Shown here: piece by piece, positions 60,271 to 64,000 of the stretch
Layout: each line of letters opens with the position of its first letter
Position numbering within the stretch: position 1 is the stretch's first letter
Assembly (NCBI GenBank): GCA_903911145.1
Contig: CAIWCD010000013.1
Coordinates: 62,001-126,000, forward strand
Source of the DNA: an uncultured delta proteobacterium
GTDB lineage: Bacteria; Myxococcota; Myxococcia; Myxococcales; 40CM-4-68-19
Direction: 5' to 3'
Length of the DNA stretch: 64,000 nt
Program-made: the position numbers and the translations under genes
The notes under the pieces: model-generated
Seen by the model: the letters and a program-made list of their open reading frames with translations, nothing else
Told to the model about the DNA's origin: nothing
The model's database searches: none

Positions 60271-60687
60271 TCAGCTTCCGCGACCGCCGCCACGACCGCC
60301 GCCGCGCTGGCTGCCGCGCTTGTTGTCATGCGTCGGTCCCCGGCTGCCAAATCCTCCGCGCGCGCCCTGATCGCGCAGGCCTGCGCCACCGCCGAAGCCT
60401 CCGCCACGCTCGCCTCCTGCGCCGAACCGGCTTCCCGGCTTCTCCTGCGCTTCGTTGACCTTGAGCGGACGTCCGCCGAAGTCCTTCCCGTCGAGCGCCG
60501 CGATGGCAGCTTTGGCCTGCTCGTCATTCTCGAAATCGGCGAACGCGAAGCCCCGCGGCTCCCCCGTGTCGCGGTCGGTGACGATCTTGATCGACGTCAC
60601 GACGCGCCCGTCCGCGCCCAGCACGGCACGCAGCGAACTCTCTGAAGCATCGAACGGCAGGTTCCCCACAAACAGACGATTTCCCAT
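60271..60687 (-). CDS. RRM RNA-binding protein with Gly/Arg-rich tail
   Basis: LFVGNL (RNP2), RGFAFA (RNP1), GRPLKVNEA; start trimmed to ATG 60687. Confidence 0.93.
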   Translation of the reverse strand: MGNRLFVGNLPFDASESSLRAVLGADGRVVTSIKIVTDRDTGEPRGFAFADFENDEQAKAAIAALDGKDFGGRPLKVNEAQEKPGSRFGAGGERGGGFGGGAGLRDQGARGGFGSRGPTHDNKRGSQRGGGRGGGRGS

Positions 60688-60765
60688 GGAGCGTTTCCTT
60701 TTGTCAGAGCGAAGAGGTCGTTCTTGTACGACGGAATCGGCGCTGTGGCATCTTCCCTTCCGCCC

Positions 60766-62592
60766 ATGGAATCGATCGACACTCCCGCGGTGCGCCTCGT
60801 TGGCGCCACCAAGCGGTACGGAAACTTCACTGCGCTGAGCAACGTCACTCTCGACATCAAGCGGGGCGAGGTCTTCGCGCTGCTTGGCCCCAACGGTGCC
60901 GGCAAGACGACGCTGATCTCTCTCGTCGCCGGAACCGCACGCGCGAGCGAGGGCAAGGTCGAAGTGCTCGGCCACGATGTGCGACGCGACTTCCAGGCCG
61001 CGCGCAGAGCGGTCGGCCTCGTGCCGCAGGAGATCAACTTCGACCCCTTCTTCACCGTCGAGGAGGCGCTCCGATTTCAGGCGGGATACTTCGGCGTCGA
61101 ACTTTCCGACGCACGCCTCGTCGAGATCCTCACTGCGCTGGGCCTCGCCGACAAGCGCCGCGCAAACTCCCGCCAACTGTCCGGGGGCATGAAGCGGCGC
61201 CTGCTCATCGCCAAGGCTCTCGTGCACCGCCCGCCGGTCCTCTTTCTTGATGAACCGACAGCGGGCGTCGATGTCGAGCTGCGCCGCGATCTCTGGACCT
61301 ACGTCTCGCGCCTGCGCGATGAGGGAACCACAGTCGTCCTGACCACGCACTATCTCGAGGAAGCGGAGCAGCTCGCCGATCGCATCGGCGTCATCAAGGG
61401 GGGCCAATTGCTCCTCGTCGAGGCGAAGAAGAACCTCTTGCGCCGCTACGGCCATCGCACGGTGCGCCTCGCGCTCGAGACTCCGTGCAGTTCTCTCCCG
61501 CCCTCGATCGCGGGTGCGGGCGGCGAGCTCGAAGCGGGTGGCGCGGCCGTGCTCCTCCACCCGACGCTTGGCCAGCCGATCTCTGCGGAGCTGCAGGCGA
61601 TCGCCGATGCGGGACTGCGCGTCGCCGACATCGAGACGAAGGAGCCTCGCCTCGAGGATGTGCTCATCGAACTGCTCCACGCGCAGGCACCGAGCGCGCA
61701 GCAGCAAGCCGCGAATTCCGCGATCGCGGCGACCACGCAAAATCGATCTGGTCCGCTCCCAGAGCCACTTCACGCGACTTCTGTCGCGACAACACCACCG
61801 CCGGGAACGGCCCCGACGCGCGAAGAACTCGTCCCTCTGCTCGGCGTGCGCACGCTCTACCGCAAGGAGGTCTCGCGCTTCATGCGCGTGCCCGGCCAGA
61901 CCATCCTCTCGCCGCTGATCACGACGGCGCTCTACTTCGCCGTCTTCGGCTTCTCTCTCGGCGGCCGCCTGCGCGAGGTCGACGGTGTCCCGTACTCGCG
62001 CTTCCTCGTCCCCGGTCTGGTGATGCTGGGCCTCATCAACAACGCGTTCCTCAACACGTCGTCATCGCTCTTCATCATGAAGTTGCAGGGCACGATCATC
62101 GATCTGCTCGTGACCCCGCTGGGCAATCTCGAGGTGCTCGCGGCCTTTCTCCTCGCGGCCTGCACGCGCGCGTTGATGGTCGGCGTGCTGACCTGGTTCA
62201 CCGCCGCGCTCTTTGTTGGATTTGCATTGCCGCACCCGGGACTCGCCATCCTCGCGGCGCTGCTCGTCTCGCTCTCCTTCTCTGCGAGCGGCCTGATCGT
62301 CGCGCTCTGGGCCGACAAGTTCGAGCAGGTCAACTTCATCCCGACCTTCGTCATCACGCCGCTGACCTTCCTCGGCGGCGTCTTCTACACGGGCTCAATG
62401 CTGCCCCCGATGCTGCAGAAGGTATTGGCGGTCAATCCCATCTATTACATGATTGAATCGATGCGGTTCGCACTCCTCGGCCGCAGCGCCACGCCGCCAC
62501 TGGTCGGCTTTTCACTCTTGTTCGCGCTCGCCGGGTCCGTGATCGGCGCGGCCTTCCTGCTGCTGCGCAGCGGATACAAACTACGCAGCTGA
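60766..62592 (+). CDS. ABC-2 exporter, ATPase and permease fused (YadG/YadH-like)
   Basis: GPNGAGKT, LSGGMKRR, LDEP, TTHY; then KEVSRF..QTILSP, PLTFLGGVFY, NPIYYMI in one frame. Confidence 0.9.
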   Translation: MESIDTPAVRLVGATKRYGNFTALSNVTLDIKRGEVFALLGPNGAGKTTLISLVAGTARASEGKVEVLGHDVRRDFQAARRAVGLVPQEINFDPFFTVEEALRFQAGYFGVELSDARLVEILTALGLADKRRANSRQLSGGMKRRLLIAKALVHRPPVLFLDEPTAGVDVELRRDLWTYVSRLRDEGTTVVLTTHYLEEAEQLADRIGVIKGGQLLLVEAKKNLLRRYGHRTVRLALETPCSSLPPSIAGAGGELEAGGAAVLLHPTLGQPISAELQAIADAGLRVADIETKEPRLEDVLIELLHAQAPSAQQQAANSAIAATTQNRSGPLPEPLHATSVATTPPPGTAPTREELVPLLGVRTLYRKEVSRFMRVPGQTILSPLITTALYFAVFGFSLGGRLREVDGVPYSRFLVPGLVMLGLINNAFLNTSSSLFIMKLQGTIIDLLVTPLGNLEVLAAFLLAACTRALMVGVLTWFTAALFVGFALPHPGLAILAALLVSLSFSASGLIVALWADKFEQVNFIPTFVITPLTFLGGVFYTGSMLPPMLQKVLAVNPIYYMIESMRFALLGRSATPPLVGFSLLFALAGSVIGAAFLLLRSGYKLRS

Positions 62593-62637
62593 TATCAACA
62601 CTTCATATCGGGGCAATTCGCCGCTTCGCGACACTTC

Positions 62638-62666
62638 TTGACACCGCGCGCCCCCCGCTCTACTCC
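62638..62666 (+). promoter_or_regulatory. Putative sigma70-type promoter of sdhC
   Basis: TTGACA-17 bp-TACTCC; the -10 box is weak. Confidence 0.35.
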
Positions 62667-62710
62667 CTCGCGCGTTCACATTAAGTATTCCGATGTTCCG
62701 GAGGACGACG

Positions 62711-63403
62711 ATGTCGACCGCCACCGCAACCGCCGAAGTCACGACGAAGACCACGCCCCACGATGCCGCCCGCGGATTTCTGCTCTCGCGCCTCGGCTCG
62801 CTCTTCTCAATCCTGCCCCTCGGTGTCTGGACGCTGTTCCACCTCTGGAACAACCTCGCGAGCTACAGCGGCCCGCGCGTCTGGCAGCAGGAAGTGACCG
62901 ACCACGGCAGCGATGCGTCGACGCTGCTCGTCTCGCTCCTCGTGCTCATCCCGCTCTTCTGGCACATGATCTGGGGAATCATGCGGATGGGTCGCAGCCA
63001 TCCTGAGTTGCGCATCGGCTGGTTCTCGAACGTCCGCTACATCGTGCAGCGCCTCTCGGCGCTCGGTCTGCTCGGCTTCCTCGGCGCGCACCTCTACCTC
63101 GCCTGGTTCTCGCCGCGCTTCATCGAGCACCGCGCGGAATCGTTCCGCGACATCGCCGCGCATATGCATCATCACCTGCCGACCACCATCGTCTATGCGC
63201 TCGGCATCCTCGCGGTCGCCTACCACCTCGCGAACGGCCTCTGGAGCTTCGCGATGGGCTGGGGCCTGACGGTCAGCCGCGCTTCGCAGAACTGGATGCA
63301 GACGGTGATGCTGATCCTGTTCGTCGTCTTCCTCGTCATCGGATGGGGCGCGGAGTACGGCCTCTACAGCGCCGGCGCGAGCTTCCCGGCGCCAATCGAG
63401 TAG
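62711..63403 (+). CDS. sdhC: Succinate dehydrogenase cytochrome b subunit (b558 type)
   Basis: ILPLG..FHLWNN, PLFWH, QRLSA..FLGAHL, AYHLANGLWSF..WG; GGAGG RBS before ATG 62711. Confidence 0.82.
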   Translation: MSTATATAEVTTKTTPHDAARGFLLSRLGSLFSILPLGVWTLFHLWNNLASYSGPRVWQQEVTDHGSDASTLLVSLLVLIPLFWHMIWGIMRMGRSHPELRIGWFSNVRYIVQRLSALGLLGFLGAHLYLAWFSPRFIEHRAESFRDIAAHMHHHLPTTIVYALGILAVAYHLANGLWSFAMGWGLTVSRASQNWMQTVMLILFVVFLVIGWGAEYGLYSAGASFPAPIE

Positions 63404-63423
63404 CTCTCGGACGGAGGCGCTCG

Positions 63424-64000
63424 TCAGTTCGGGAGTCGCGGGATGAACGCGCTCGCGATCGCGGCGCACTCCTCGGTCGCGAACTGGCCGTAGACTTCGA
63501 CCTGCGTCGTCGCGCTCGAGGTGATTTCGACGTCGAAGCTGCCCGTCAAAGCAAGCGCCGCCCCGCCGTCGAGCCCGTCGAGGGACGTGGAGCCCGAGTC
63601 GGCGAGATAGACGTCGATGGGAGATCCCGCGCTCGCAGAGACGAAGAGATCGACCTCGCTGCCCTCGGGTCCGACTGCGATGCTGCCAACGCTGCCGCGA
63701 GGGAAGAGCAGCGCGAGGATGACGAAGCCTTGCGGGGCGCTCTCGAAGAGATCCGGATGCGCACCGAGCATCGCGCAGAGCCCGGGTTCGTTCGAAAGCA
63801 GCACGACGCGGCGCTCGGTGCGGTTTCCATTCACGTCGACCACGACTGCGTCGCCGCTGATCGCCGAGCGGACGGTCGGGATCATCGCGTCGGGAACGCT
63901 TCCGCTGCCGAGCACACCGCCGACGACCCGATTCCCGGGCGCAGCACAGGCGACGGCGAACGCGGCGCAGAGCATGCTGGGGATGGACCCGCGCAGACCG
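63424..64000 (-). CDS. Hypothetical lipoprotein (start possibly beyond the window)
   Basis: Lipobox-like AVAC; ends TGSFDV..GQFATEEC. Confidence 0.55.
   Translation of the reverse strand, partial: GLRGSIPSMLCAAFAVACAAPGNRVVGGVLGSGSVPDAMIPTVRSAISGDAVVVDVNGNRTERRVVLLSNEPGLCAMLGAHPDLFESAPQGFVILALLFPRGSVGSIAVGPEGSEVDLFVSASAGSPIDVYLADSGSTSLDGLDGGAALALTGSFDVEITSSATTQVEVYGQFATEECAAIASAFIPRLPN

Overview
GC-rich bacterial chromosome segment, very likely Myxococcota (MYXO-CTERM protein, FHA-GAF cyclase, Ser/Thr kinase, Cys-rich lipoproteins). Positions 1 to about 8,040 are the right arm of an integrative, satellite-like element. It encodes an XRE repressor, serine resolvase, Prim-Pol primase, DUF3987/YfjI helicase-like protein, Xis, VapBC and a tyrosine integrase, and sits at the 3' end of tRNA-Arg(CCG) (8037-8113, minus). 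The integrase reading frame runs through the attachment site and ends antisense inside the tRNA. The rest is host backbone: truD, mmsA, uvrB, uvrC, cysS, ggt, family-5 UDG, an orphan sdhC, a two-component pair, a 4,180-aa DUF11/OmpA/beta-barrel surface protein and several lipoproteins. Three DNA-level signals are not explained by the gene calls. (1) A 3.5-kb island inside uvrB-uvrC where synonymous codon choices in several frames build 15 ATTAA/TTAAT motifs, otherwise nearly absent from the backbone. (2) A dispersed AT-rich 12-bp quasi-palindrome (TTTGAGTGCCAA family) at 7 loci, in 15-bp-period arrays behind stop codons and in frame inside genes. (3) A 246-bp multi-branch inverted-repeat structure between truD and the giant surface-protein gene. 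A circularly permuted esterase lipoprotein is also notable. All calls come from motif recognition by eye; no searches were run and counts are manual.
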